From assembly GCA_973851085.1 (NCBI GenBank), contig OZ316775.1, positions 16,554,001 to 16,618,000 on the forward strand: 64,000 nucleotides of DNA. Direction: 5' to 3'. Shown here one piece after another: positions 11,523 through 24,100 of the stretch. The first letter of the stretch is position 1. Every line of letters begins with the position of its first letter. A program made the position numbers and the translations under genes. The notes below the pieces were generated by a model that saw only the letters and a list, made by a program, of their open reading frames with translations, did not search any database and was not told the origin of the DNA. The DNA comes from Ptychomitrium polyphyllum. Lineage: Eukaryota.

Positions 11523-14500
11523 ATGGAGCTTACGGAGTACAATGAGCCGGTTAACAGCAAGGAGGGGGACCCGGCGCTGGGGTTTCTGACTCGGAAGGAG
11601 ACAGAGGTGAAGCTGCCTCGTCCGACGCGGGTGAAGAACAAGACGCCGGCGCCCGTGCAGATTACGGCGGAGCAGATTCTGCGCGAGGCCAGGGAGAGAC
11701 AGGAGGCGGAAATCCGGCCTCCGAAGCAGAAGATTACTGATGCGGAGGAGCTTGCGGAGTATCGGTTGCGGAAGCGGAAGGAGTACGAAGACCTAATTCG
11801 GAGAGTGAGATGGAATACCAGCGTTTGGGTGAAGTATGCGCAATGGGAGGAGAGTCAGAAGGACTTCGCTCGCGCGAGGTCGATTTGGGAGCGAGCTATA
11901 GAGGTGGATTACACGAACTCTACATTATGGTTGAAGTACAGCGAGATGGAAATGAAGAACAGGTTCATCAATCATGCCCGAAATGTGTGGGACAGGGCTG
12001 TGTCTTTGCTTCCTCGAATCGATCAGCTCTGGTACAAATATATTCATATGGAGGAGATGTTACAAAATATAGCTGGCGCTCGGCAAATATTTGAGAGGTG
12101 GATGACTTGGGAGCCCGATCATCATGGTTGGGCAGCCTACATTAAGTTTGAGCTTCGGTATAACGAAATCGAAAGGGCGAGGTCGATTTACGACAGGTGC
12201 GTATTCGTGAACTTTGCCCTGTTTTGGAAATTCATTTCCAGATATTTCCAGAGAGTTGTTGAGTGAAAATTCAACAGTTTCTGTGTTCTATCATAGTGTA
12301 GCCTTATTTGTCAGTCGTTGTTTGCTTCAAAATGCGAGCTTTACTCATTAGTTGTTATGCTGTTAATTCAGCCTGGGCTTCTGTGCACTTTCAACTAGGT
12401 TGGCTTAGTGAGTTCTGTGGTTATAGCTTTCTGGTGGATTGGCCTGTTTCTCAGTTTCTCAAATTATGCATTTGGATACAGGTATGTGGAATGTCACCCT
12501 GGTGATAAAGCGTGGATTCGATATGCGAAATTTGAAGTGAAGAATGGGGAGATTGAGAGGGGAAGGCAGTGTTACGAGCGTGCAATGGAACAGTTGGGTG
12601 AAGATGGCCAGACTGAGGAGCTTTTTGTTGCTTTTGCTCAATTTGAAGAGAGATGCAAAGAGCTGGAGCGTGCAAGAGTGATTTACAAGTATGCTTTAGA
12701 TCATATTCCAAAGGGTAAGGCTGAGACTTTATACCAAAAGTTTGTCCAATTTGAGAAGCAATACGGTGACAGAGAAGGTATTGAGAATGTGATTGTGGGG
12801 AAAAGGCGTTTTCAATATGAAGAAGAGGTGAAGAAAAATCCATTGAATTATGATTCGTGGTTCGATTATGCTCGCTTGGAAGAGAGTGTGGGTGATAAAG
12901 AAAAGGTTCGAGAGGTTTATGAGAGAGCGATTGCCAACGTGCCGCCTGCAGAGCAGAAGCGATATTGGCAACGTTACATTTATCTATGGTACTGCCAACC
13001 CCCTGGTTCCACCCTGCAAGCTTTAGATTGACAATGATGCTGCACATGATTCTCCTTTGGGCATTTCTTAATTTAAATCCATGTCCACTTGTTCTTGTTT
13101 TCACAAGCGTGATTTGACCTTACATGTAATTGACTCCGGCATTGTGTTCTCAGGATCAATTATGCTCTTTACGAGGAGCTGGAGGCCGAAGATTATGACA
13201 GGGCAAGGGATGTTTTCAAGTATGTTATCTGTTCATCTACCTAGTATTATTCTATATATTGCTCCTGACCATTGTTGAACCTGCTCAGGTGGTTGAGGCA
13301 ATATTCTATCACGTTCTTTTATTTGTACTATAAAATATCTCCATTTATGTAAGGTCTCACCACCTCTGATTGTGTCTTAATCATATTACAGGGCGTGTTT
13401 GGGTATTATTCCGCATGCAAAGTTTACATTTGCAAAAATATGGATTATGGCAGCTCAATTTGAGATCCGACAGAAAGACCTCAGAGCTGCACGGACTATC
13501 TTGGGAAATGCTATTGGAAGGGCTCCTAAAGACAAGGTACTCTTCTGATTTTGTCATTTTTTGTGTCTTCAGCAACCCTTCCTTTTCGTAGTGTTACAGG
13601 AGGTATGAATTTATGATGTCCGACATGCTGCCAGCCTCTCCTAGAAATGTGCGGTTGCTTTTCAGTCATGATTATCTTTCTGCGTCTTTAAATCTTTGCT
13701 GGAACTCCCAAAAACCGCTCCAAGGGTTTTAAACATCATCCTTGAAGTTGAGCTGACATTTCTCTGGGTTGACACAGGTTTTCAAGACATACATTGAGAT
13801 AGAACTGCAGCTTGGTAATATAAACCGTTGTCGAACTCTCTATGAGAAGTATCTGGAGTGGTCGCCAGCTAATTGCTATGCATGGAGCAAATATGCAGAA
13901 TTGGAGAGGTCCTTAGGAGAGACACAAAGGGGGCGCTCAATCTTTGAAATTGCTATTGCCCAACCACTTCTCGACATGCCTGAGTTGTTGTGGAAGGTTG
14001 ATGGATTATACTCTGTAGTGTTTATTTTTGCATGGCTTACGTTGTGAACGAGGATGTAGTTGCACTTGCATCAGTTCCACATCTTCTCTCTTTACACGCA
14101 AGTAACCTACGTTTTATGCAGTTAGATGGTGCTTCCTACTAGATTTAAACTCGAATGCTTCTTGTGCTCATGAATCGTTGTTTTGTATCCTTCTTAGCCT
14201 TCTCGTTCATTGTAAAAGCTGAGGCACACATGTCCTGCTTATTAGGTTTAGATTGTCTTTAAGTGCTTGCATAGTAACTGTATTTCAAATTTAGGTACTT
14301 TAATTCATTACTATGCAAGCCCTGATAGTGGGAAGGAAAGCCAGTATTGACATGTTGTTCACACGATGTAGGGCTACATTGAGTTTGAAATATCAGAGAA
14401 GGAGCATGATCGCACACGACAACTTTATGAGAGGCTCCTTGATCGGACAAAACACCTGAAGGTTTGGGTGAGTTATGCCAAGTTTGAGGCAGCAGTGCCC

Positions 14501-15336
14501 TTGGAGGAAGAGATTATTGCTGAAGAAGAAGGCCGGGATCCTGATATGGCCAAAGCAGCTGGACAGGCTGAGGAGCGAGCGCAGAGAACAAGAGGTAATG
14601 CAGCCTGTGGTTTTCCCAACTTTCTTTGCACTTTAGTGCACAAATACTGCTAGTTCTTGGATCATCGTACTTGTGCATGGTCTGCTCAGTATATGGGGAA
14701 CACATGTCAAGATATTTCTGAGTTTTTTGTGTGTCCTTCAGGGGTGTTTGAAAGGGCGTATGAGAGCCTGCGAACATCAGCACCGGAGCAAAAAGAAGAG
14801 AGGGCTATGTTGCTTGAGGAATGGAAGGAAACAGAGCGCAGCTTTGGAGAGTTTGGAGATCTTGCAGCTGTTCAAAGAAAACTGCCAAGAAAAGTGAAAC
14901 GAAAGCGTGCAATAACCGCAGAGGATGGGACACCGGCTGGGTATGTATTACTGTCCGTTCTATTACCTTTGTACTGGAGTCCATAGTTTGTTATTTATTG
15001 CTTCTTGGTACCATTGAGATCGCTTCTACTTCCCTTTAGTTCTTATTAGTCAGAGATAGCTCGTCAAGAGATCGAAATGTTCTGCTTATCGTTGAGAAAT
15101 TTTTGTCTATGTTTTGTAAGCTTTCATTCAGCTCTTGTAATGTTTTTGTGGGGAAAATGCCGTGAAGCTTTGAAGATTCTCCTACTCATACTCATGGCTG
15201 TGTTATTGCTTGCAGTTTCGAGGAGTACACCGACTATATCTTTCCGGATGAGACAGGCATGGCTCCCAATCTCAAAATATTGGAAGCAGCTTATAAATGG
15301 AAAAGACAAAAAACAGGATCTGATGATGAAGCCTAG
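11523..15336 (+). CDS. CRN1: Crooked neck-like / CLF1 (SYF3) HAT-repeat pre-mRNA splicing factor. Exons 11523-12196, 12482-12988, 13154-13219, 13392-13536, 13778-13996, 14372-14594, 14742-14940, 15216-15336
   Basis: Signature [20 protein letters not shown], many HAT repeats ([30 protein letters not shown]), LDMPELLWK, and C-terminal [12 protein letters not shown]...[11 protein letters not shown]. All introns are GT-AG and phase-consistent. Confidence 0.96.
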
Positions 15337-16920
15337 TAAAAATTTTGTCGTGGGTTGAAATGGAATAGCTGGAGAAAAACTCATGGATATTTGCAGCACC
15401 AGAATGGTTCTACTAGAACTCTGTGTATACTTGAAGGTTGGCGTCAGAACTGCAAGCTTGTGTGGAGGCACTCGCTTTAATGGTGTCATTACCTCAGTGA
15501 TCCAACGAATACATGTACTATTCCTTGTAACATTTTACTCCATGAGAAGCGTTGTTTTGGCAGCTGAGAGTGTAGTTACTATGTATTGCCTCAGGGATTC
15601 TTTTACGAGGAGAAGTTCTAGACAGGATTGGAAGTGCTTAATTGTTACTATGTCAGGTTTTCGTGGAGAATATGAAGGGCTGAGTAGAGGCTCCTGTGCT
15701 TTCCTTTGACATCACTGGAGGGGGCTTCCTTCAATCATTTCAAAGTCTGCATAACGTAGATATTTAATTCGAAATCGTCTAGAAGAGATCAGAATTGTAG
15801 GCATGATATTGTGACGAGTGCAGGAGTAATGATGCAAAGGACAATGAGAGCAGAGATACTGATGCATTAGGCATATGGTACTCTCCTTTACCTACACTTT
15901 GGGTGCGTATTCTCTTTGAGGCAGCCAAACCAGGATTTTGGTTTCAAATGTAGTTGCTACACCTACTTAAATATGACCAGAAAATGCAAGGGATGCTGTT
16001 CTGGCACGTGATTTAGCACACTAAGCCTGTCTTTTTCTGGTATGTGAAACTTAGGCACAGCACACTAGTCAAGCGCTTGTATTTTTCTCTTCATTGCTGA
16101 CTTCGGAATTTGCTTCTTTAGTACTGTTTGAACGTTGCCTAGGTCGTCGCTTGTCCGTTGTGAATTGTAAGCAACGCTTGATTTATTAGACACGGAGAGA
16201 CATTCAGCGCAAAATGCTCCTATCTGGTGGCTCAGGGATTGGATCTGTCCATTGAAGGAAGGGGAAGGCCTTTCTGAGTGCAGATATGGCGTAATTACTT
16301 GTTGTCATCTGGTGTTCGGTGTTAGGTGATGTAGTTCATAGACCTGGTTTGCTGAAATATTTGAAATTGGAAAGCAGCGCAGATTGTGGATGTACAGTTT
16401 GGTAGAGAGCATCTTCTTCCTGTGTGTAACAAACTTAACAATCACTGTCAATTGATCTGTTTTTAGAATGTCCATAGACCATACAAATAGTGAAGATTAG
16501 GTGCTTTCAATTCATCTACACGAAATCAATGTGAGAGTCTCTTTTAAACTTTTATGGGATATTTGGGTACCCATACAGCAGGGAGTTCGCTCCACGTTCA
16601 AAGGGAGCCTGGAGGGCAGCAGAAGAAAAATGCAGTAGTCTCAATGGCGAGACAGGAGGACACACACTGTAATACAGTAATCGTATACTAGCGAACGTAG
16701 TATTGTCCTAGAATCAAGAAGGACAGCTCAGCGTAACTGTTTTCCGAGGGGCCACGGCTTCTTACCACTTCCAAAGAAGTCCAGATCTCGTTCTTCTCTT
16801 TCTTCTCCTTGCAATCTGCTTAACTTTCCTGATTCCTTCATCCTCCTCAAATCGAAGTTCACATCTCTTCACTTCTCCCCGCTTAGTGTGATAGTCTATT
16901 CGTGCGTTCCATTTTGCCGA

Positions 16921-17636
16921 ATGGGGAAGGTGCCGGTGCGCCTGAAAGAGGTCTCCTATTCGCTGTCGAGTAACCATCAGTATATATGGCGCGGCATTCT
17001 CCACGACTTCAGCTACAAAACCAAGAAGCGCTTCAACGACAACTGGGTGTCGGCTCTCTGGCTGCTCGTCCCTGTCTTCGGCAGTTACGGGTGGGTTTCC
17101 ATTCTTTCGACCTTCTTTACGCACTGTCTCCACCGTGCTCACAGCAACACTCAGTGGCTACTCTAATTCTTGCTTCTCTTCAGGATCAAGACTAAGTTTT
17201 GGGCCGCCTTGTAGCATTGCTTTTTACGATTGAGCTTTTTGTCGTGGTTGTCATTTCATTGCACTAGACTCTTATCTTTTTTCATATGGCAACCTTATCA
17301 CAATACTAGCCGCTCGCCACTCCTTTCTGAAGCGTGGTTACAAGGTCGACTTGCATCTTTCCTAAGACTAGGCTGAGGGATGGAACTTCACTACTAAGTC
17401 GAAACCTCTTGATAAATATTTCAGTTTCTGTTTGTCAGAAGATTTTACCCCTTAAAAGTTTCTTTCCTCCTGGATGGCCAAGAGCTTCGAGAAGTGACAG
17501 CAGTCAGCATGAAGACCACCATCGCTGGAAAAAAAAATGACTTCTGGTCCAAGACGCATTTTGATCCGAAAAGTGCTGTGTGCGCAGGTATGCTGAGGCA
17601 TACAGGGAGAGGGAGAAGTTACACCACCGAAACTAG
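16921..17636 (+). CDS. QCR8: Cytochrome b-c1 complex subunit 8 (72 aa). Exons 16921-17090 and 17588-17636
   Basis: Spliced product MGKVPVRLKEVSYSLSSNHQYIWRGILHDFSYKTKKRFNDNWVSALWLLVPVFGSYGYAEAYREREKLHHRN resembles plant QCR8 in N-terminus, single TM segment, C-terminal EKLxHR and length. Confidence 0.9.
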
Positions 17637-18199
17637 AGACCCAGGATTCAGGCCAGGGCTTTGGAGCAGAGCCACCAAAAACTTCTGGGTAGCCCAGATA
17701 CTCTTGCAAACTTCCATGGTTACTAGGAGATGTGTGCACATCGTTTGTCATTTGTCATTCACACCACTCCAGCCTTAGCAGTGGGCAGCTTTCTGTTCCT
17801 GAGAAAGAGGGGACTTTTCCTCCGAATGCTTCCGGGCTGCAACAGAACTTGACAAACTTGACAGAACTTGAACTTAAAGTATTGCGTATGACGTTCAACC
17901 CCTCTGGAAAGGCCTGCAACTGTGCCTTATATTAGAAGATCAGTTTTGTTTCACGTCTGGTTGTCTTGACTGTAAGTAATCTTGGGCATTCAATCCTTCT
18001 CTCAGTGGTCACCAAATAAGCCACCTGTGGTGGAACTCCAACCTTATCATAGCTGTGGCAATTATTGTTATCTGAAATTCTCACAACTCAAAACTCAAAC
18101 TCAAACTCAAACTCAAAGGGAAGCACACCTAATATTGGTTCAAACAAGGTACTCTTATGAAATCTATGCCTCTTGGAGAACCACACTCTCTAATGCATC

Positions 18200-20060
18200 T
18201 AAAATGGATACTATTGATAGATGTTTTTTACTTTAAAATTCTAATTATATTGGATGTATTTACTTTATTGTAACTTGTATCAATGCTTGTGCATGTTTGC
18301 TTTATTCACATATGTGTAGTGGGTACATTGTTGATTTATAGTATATTTTCAAGTACATAATATTGTATAAGGCAATTCAAGATACATAACAATCTTTATA
18401 ACTAATATAAGTACATTAATTATTGCGATTATAGTGAATTTTAGTTTTAGTGTGAGGTTTACACCAATTTTTATATGAATTCCAATAAAAATTATCAGAA
18501 TCAATATAAGAAATATGTAAATGAACTTATAATTAATAGCATTTAATTAAAATATTGGTCTTAATATTATTTATCTTCAAAGATAGTATCATGAAAAAAT
18601 CCTAATATGATTATATTCATACTAATTTGGATATCAAATTAACATTAGTACAGGTCACACTCTACTTACACTATTACAATTATTTATAGGTTTTTCATTT
18701 ATCATGATTTATATTTTGTTCTAATTCTTTAATTACTGATAGAGTTCTTAATCATTTTAATTCACAATAATGACAATAATTGGTGTAGTAATTTGCAAAA
18801 GGAATGTATTTTTTATTTCTTAAGTTAAAATACAAATAAATCCTTTAAATATTGCCTATTGTACATTAAAGTAAGATTCGTTATCTTAATTCCAAAAATC
18901 CATTTATGTTGTTGAGGTTGTTTTAACATCCTTGAAAGAACTAAAAAAATTATAAATTGATGCATGATCTTTACACTTTATGAGTATTCCTATTACATTT
19001 CTATTAAATATTATTACTTTAAAAAATTCAATATTTTAAAATTACAAAACTTAATCAACTTATGTTGATTATAGTATAATATAACATAAGCAAAGCAAGT
19101 AAAGTTATAATTGACTCTTATGAATCTTATAAATTTTTGTAATTTAATAATTATATAATTAAATAAATTATTGTAAATATTCTACACTAATAAAAATATT
19201 TACAAACAACAATTTCTTTGATATAAATGCATTATGTCATGTCATTTTTTATTTATCTACTATCATTTCATAATCATGGCTTCTTGTCATTCTATATTGT
19301 TTGGAAGAAATTTGAAAAATAAGTTGAAACAAGTATGTCTGTATGTAAAATGGATGTGTTGACATAATGATGATAATGGATGCATAAGTAAAAGGATGGA
19401 GCTAGAGTGGTTCATGTATACTTGAGTAGATTTGACAAATTAAATTGTAAATCATTACTATATAATGTACAATGATCATTGATTTAATAAAGATAGTTTA
19501 TAATGTACATTTAGGTACCAATTTGATAAATGATTGTGATGTACATCAATTAAGATTGTATCATAACAAAGTATGAACCGCCATATTTAAAAGGCCCCAC
19601 TCCATTTCAATGAAGTTTATCTTTAATGATGTTAAGATGTGTTTTTTCTATGTGCCTCCAATTTATTGTACAATATATATTACTTCCACATTTTGCACTC
19701 ATTAATCTATTATTTATAACTGGTGGTTAAGATTATAAGAATCCAAAGCCAAATCTGCCTCACAAATACCGTTAAAGCGTAACTTATATCAAATATAATT
19801 CACAAAAGAAAGGCTAAAAGGATTTTCATGACAATCAAAATTTTTCTTGTAATAAAAATATTGGTTACCAAAAAAGAACAATATACATCCATCATTGACT
19901 TCAATGATGTAAAGACTATATACTTTATTTTCTAAGAGAATTTTACAGGCTATTGTTGAGAAAAAGCCATAAATATCTACATCATTTTACATCAATTACA
20001 ACTTTGTAGTACTTTTTCTACCAACATTTCAACATTTTTCCGGATTAAATTTTTCAGAAA
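18200..20060. other. Very AT-rich, CpG-poor intergenic block
   Basis: Composition shift and no ORFs. Boundaries approximate. Confidence 0.7.
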
Positions 20061-20105
20061 GGGTTGTTCACTCCATTTCAACTTTAAACAAGGGGCAAGC
20101 TAGCT

Positions 20106-20144
20106 CACCATCACCATCACCATCACCATCACCATCACCATCAC
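20106..20144 (+). repeat. (CACCAT)6 hexanucleotide microsatellite
   Basis: Directly visible. Confidence 0.9.
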
Positions 20145-21027
20145 TTGTCAACGACCTCCTCAGGAATGCAAACTTCCAACTAAGCAAATGACAGTCCGCA
20201 CGCCCCAAGGCACATTAACGTATCATATCCGTTAGCGTTCACACTCATGCCTCAGAGTTGCAAGTTCGCTACTATCCTGAGCCTGTCGTACCCACAGGTC
20301 CCGTTCACACTGACTCCCACCTGAACTCTACGTAGTGGCGAGGAACACATTCCTATAACCGTCACCATTCCCAAAACCTCTGTCAGCCACAACCTAGACT
20401 TTGGTCTCCGAAATATATGCACGACCTAAACAACACCAGTCTCGGATGGTTTCCGGTACACTCCTGTCCCTACTTTCCGCTCAGTGCCTTAAGCCTGCCT
20501 TCACCTTTTCTCAATTCCTGCAAATCAAGCATACCAAAAACCATCATTGCGCACAAAACCGACGTCTTTTACCGTTTGAAGACATTTCGGTTCATTGTAG
20601 TTACTTGCAAGCACAATGCCAAAGCCTTGTACGTTGCACATTAAACCCGACAACATCCATGCTAGTCGTAGTACCCCCTGGAACGACTATGTCATTTTTC
20701 TGGTACCGTAACGGTTATAGGTATTGATTCCTTGAACTGTGTGCGCAAGTAAGTCATACCGAAAAGCTTCTTCGACACCGAGTCGCAGTCGTCGCACCAA
20801 AACTCCCCGTAGTCAAGCTAACTGAGGCCCACTGAACCCAAAACCAGCTAAATCTACAAAGAACATAGACTCGTGAGAGGGAATGTACGCGTGTAGTAGA
20901 TGAGAGCAGTTTGAGCTACAGCGAGTGGGGTGGGCACGGAATGGCACAGTTGGCAGCAACGAAAGCAGGCAATTTTCGTTGTTGGGCGAGGTACGCGAGG
21001 GGTGCTGCATTTGCGGGGTAGGCCGAG

Positions 21028-21061
21028 GTGTGTGTGTGTGTGTGTGTGTGTGGGGGGGGGG
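21028..21061 (+). repeat. (GT)12 microsatellite followed by a G10 run, upstream of FGT1
   Basis: Directly visible. Confidence 0.9.
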
Positions 21062-21190
21062 AACGTGGGGGGAAAGGGCGGGTTGTATGTTCTTGCATCA
21101 GGCGCGCTGCGTGCTTGGCTTTTGGTCTCTACGAGCGAGCGAGTGAGGGAGCAAGGTAAGGGAAGGCGAGGCGAGGCGAGGCGAGTAACA

Positions 21191-24100
21191 ATGGTGCAGG
21201 CGGGGGGAGCGCCGGTGGTGGCGTCAGCGCCGACGGCGTGCCAGGTGCAGTGCGCGGGGTGTCGGCGTATCCTGAACGTGCCGTCAGGAATTCTTAACTT
21301 CCAGTGTCCGAAATGCAAGCTGCCGCAGGTGCTGCCGCCGCAGTTGCGATCGCAGGGGTTAGCGCGCGGAATTGACAACACGAAGATCCAGCTTCCGTGC
21401 GCCAATTGCCGGGCCGTGCTCAACGTGCCCCCGGGACTCACGCGATTTGTGTGCCCGCAGTGCCGGGTCGAGCTTGCGGTCGATCCTGTCAAACTGGCCG
21501 CGTACATGAATTCGCTGTCGCAGTTGAATGCGCTTGGCAATGGACAGGGCGCGCCGCCCACGGTGTCGACGGGCGGCCTTGGGGATGCCATGGACGATAC
21601 GGGGTGGAATAGCAAGCAGCTGCATGCGGCGGGTGGTTTCTCCATGGAGGAAATTAATGAGGTGTGCTCCGTGGTCTCTTTTCGTCGAATAGTTTTCGTC
21701 TTGGAGTTCTGAGGCCGCTGATTGTTCTTGAATTGTCTGCGTCGCCTTTGATTGTCGCCCTTCAGGAGGAGTGAAACAGAAGTTTTTCTACGTGCTGTAG
21801 TTGTGGTTTTAACCTAATTGTCGTACCGTACGGAATCTCACCATAGCTGGACCGTTACGGTCTGGCTGTGCATTTCAGGCACGTAGATATTCTTTTTCTC
21901 TCGGTTCATGTAATTTTTGTAATTTTTTTTGGTTTTGTTTCTAAGATTTTTTGTTTTTGTTTCAAGACTCATTAAATCCACTGTACTTAGAAAAGAACAT
22001 AATGCAGGCCGATTTCAGCTTGTGCAAGCCGTAGGGGTTTTGGTTGTAGAAATAAGTACTAGGATGTCGAACCGAGGTGGTAATTTTAAGGAACGGAGGA
22101 TAGTTGCTGCGAATCAATGCGCTTGATATGGCACATATCATCATGGTCTAGTATGGTTGAGGGTTGTCGGAGGAGCGTGTTACATGCTGTCAGGGGTCTG
22201 CGCCCATGGTATGAAAGGCTCATGAGAGCTAGAGTTTGGAATCTATCATGTGATTCGACTTAGCTGACTTGTGAAATGGGTCAATAGTTGCCTAGACCTA
22301 TACATTTCGAGAATAATCCTTGACATTACCGTAGTAGTTTAAACGAAGAATCATTTTAAAAGTGTTAGTTGCAAAATTGTTTGGTTGCTGCTTTTACCGT
22401 CATTTTGCGTCAGTCTCAATGACTTTGCTCCACAGGTGGCTTTGGAAGTGGAGCAAGAAGAGGACGAAGCTGGTACAGTAGGAGATACTTTCACGGACTA
22501 TGTAAGTGTGAACATCTCCATGTATCTCTTAGCTCGTTATTGTTGGAAATCTAACCTTCTGCATATCATTTGTATCTCTGCATTTATTTGGAATACGTGA
22601 ATTATGCCTTAGCGTACATGACTCCAGACTACGGAAGCTCCTTTAGATTTCTTTCGAATAACGTCCTTGTAATCAAACTAGAAAGTGTTAAAGAGGCCTC
22701 GCGTTCGAGATACTAGTGGAATCGCTCTTGCAAACTGTGCAGAAGCCGTCTAAGCTGTCAATAGGCCAACCGCATCCTGATCCGATTGTGGAGACAGCTT
22801 CCTTGTCGGCTGTACAGCCCCCAGAGCCTACATACGACCTCCTTATTGGGGAGGAAATGGAGAAATCGGGGGCTCTATCATGTTTGCAACTGGAGACTAT
22901 TGTTTACGCCTCACAGGTGAGTGTATATTATTTTGCCACGGCATGCAAGTTATTACTAATAATCCTATTTCAAGGGTGTATTCTACACATTTTGTGTGGT
23001 AATTTTGTATAGTGGGGTTAGTTTTGGTTGATCCAAAGAGTACTAGAACTGATCTTTTCGTCTACTGAATCTTTGCTAACTTCAACAAGAATTTTATTTG
23101 CAGAAGTCATCAAAGTCTGTTTAACTTCATGAGTTGCCCTTGGTGCGCTTTTAGAGTCATTGCTTTCTGGATTTATTCATAGTCTAAGGCTTCAAGCCAT
23201 GAATGCCCATGCTACATGTTGATGCAAATTTGCTGTTCTTTGGATGTGTTTTGCAGAGGCATATGCAGCATCTTGCAGACAGTACTAGAGCTGGGTTTTT
23301 CTTAGGAGATGGAGCTGGAGTTGGTAAAGGGCGAACTATTGCTGGCTTAATCTGGGAGAATTGGAAACGAGGAAGAACGAAGGCTTTGTAAGTAATGCTT
23401 TGCTGCTTGATAATACTGGGCATGAAGATATAAGCAATGTGGATTCACTATTATTTTTTTGTCTTTGTTCCTCTTTTGATGCAAAACCAGTCGATATTTG
23501 TGCTGTCTTGCTCTGTCATCTTCTTGTGTTTGTGGATGTTGGAGGATAGGTGGTTGTCTGTTGGCTCTGACCTCAAATTTGATGCACGGCGTGATTTGGA
23601 TGACGTGGGGGCAATGGATGTTGAAGGTAAATGTTCTAATTTTTCATTGCACATGATTTGTTTCTCAATTGTAAGCTGACTAATCAGAGGTTTCAGAATG
23701 TGTATTGAGATTTCTAGGTGCAATTCTATTTGAGGTAATATGCCTCTGTAGGAAAAAAATTAGTGGATCTTTTGTGTGATATTCCTCATTTTGTTTTCTC
23801 TGATTGATTGATTGCTGCGCGATCTAAGGAAATCTTGGATTGAGTGTTGCAAATGAAGTTGCTGGTTTTATATTCATCCTGCTGATCCTGATGTCTGTAA
23901 CCTAATTTTATTTCAACTATATCCAGTTCATGCGCTCAACAAGTTGCCATATGCCAAATTGGATTCGAAAACTGTGGGTGTCAAGGAAGGCGTGTTGTTT
24001 CTCACTTATAGTAGTTTAATTGCATCATCTGAGAAGGGAAGATCAAGATTGAATCAGTTGGTGCAGTGGTGCGGTCCTGAATTTGACGGGCTTCTGGTTT

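Noticed and set aside
15826..15870. ATGATG...CTGAT resembling C/D snoRNA boxes
   Set aside because: Imperfect C box, too short, and no recognisable rRNA/snRNA guide.
20106..20144. Poly-His-coding (CACCAT)6 as a His-tag or coding feature
   Set aside because: Not in a supported ORF and no vector-like flanks; an ordinary microsatellite.
20854..21645. 263-aa minus-strand ORF and other overlapping ORFs
   Set aside because: Antisense shadows of the GC-rich first exon of FGT1.
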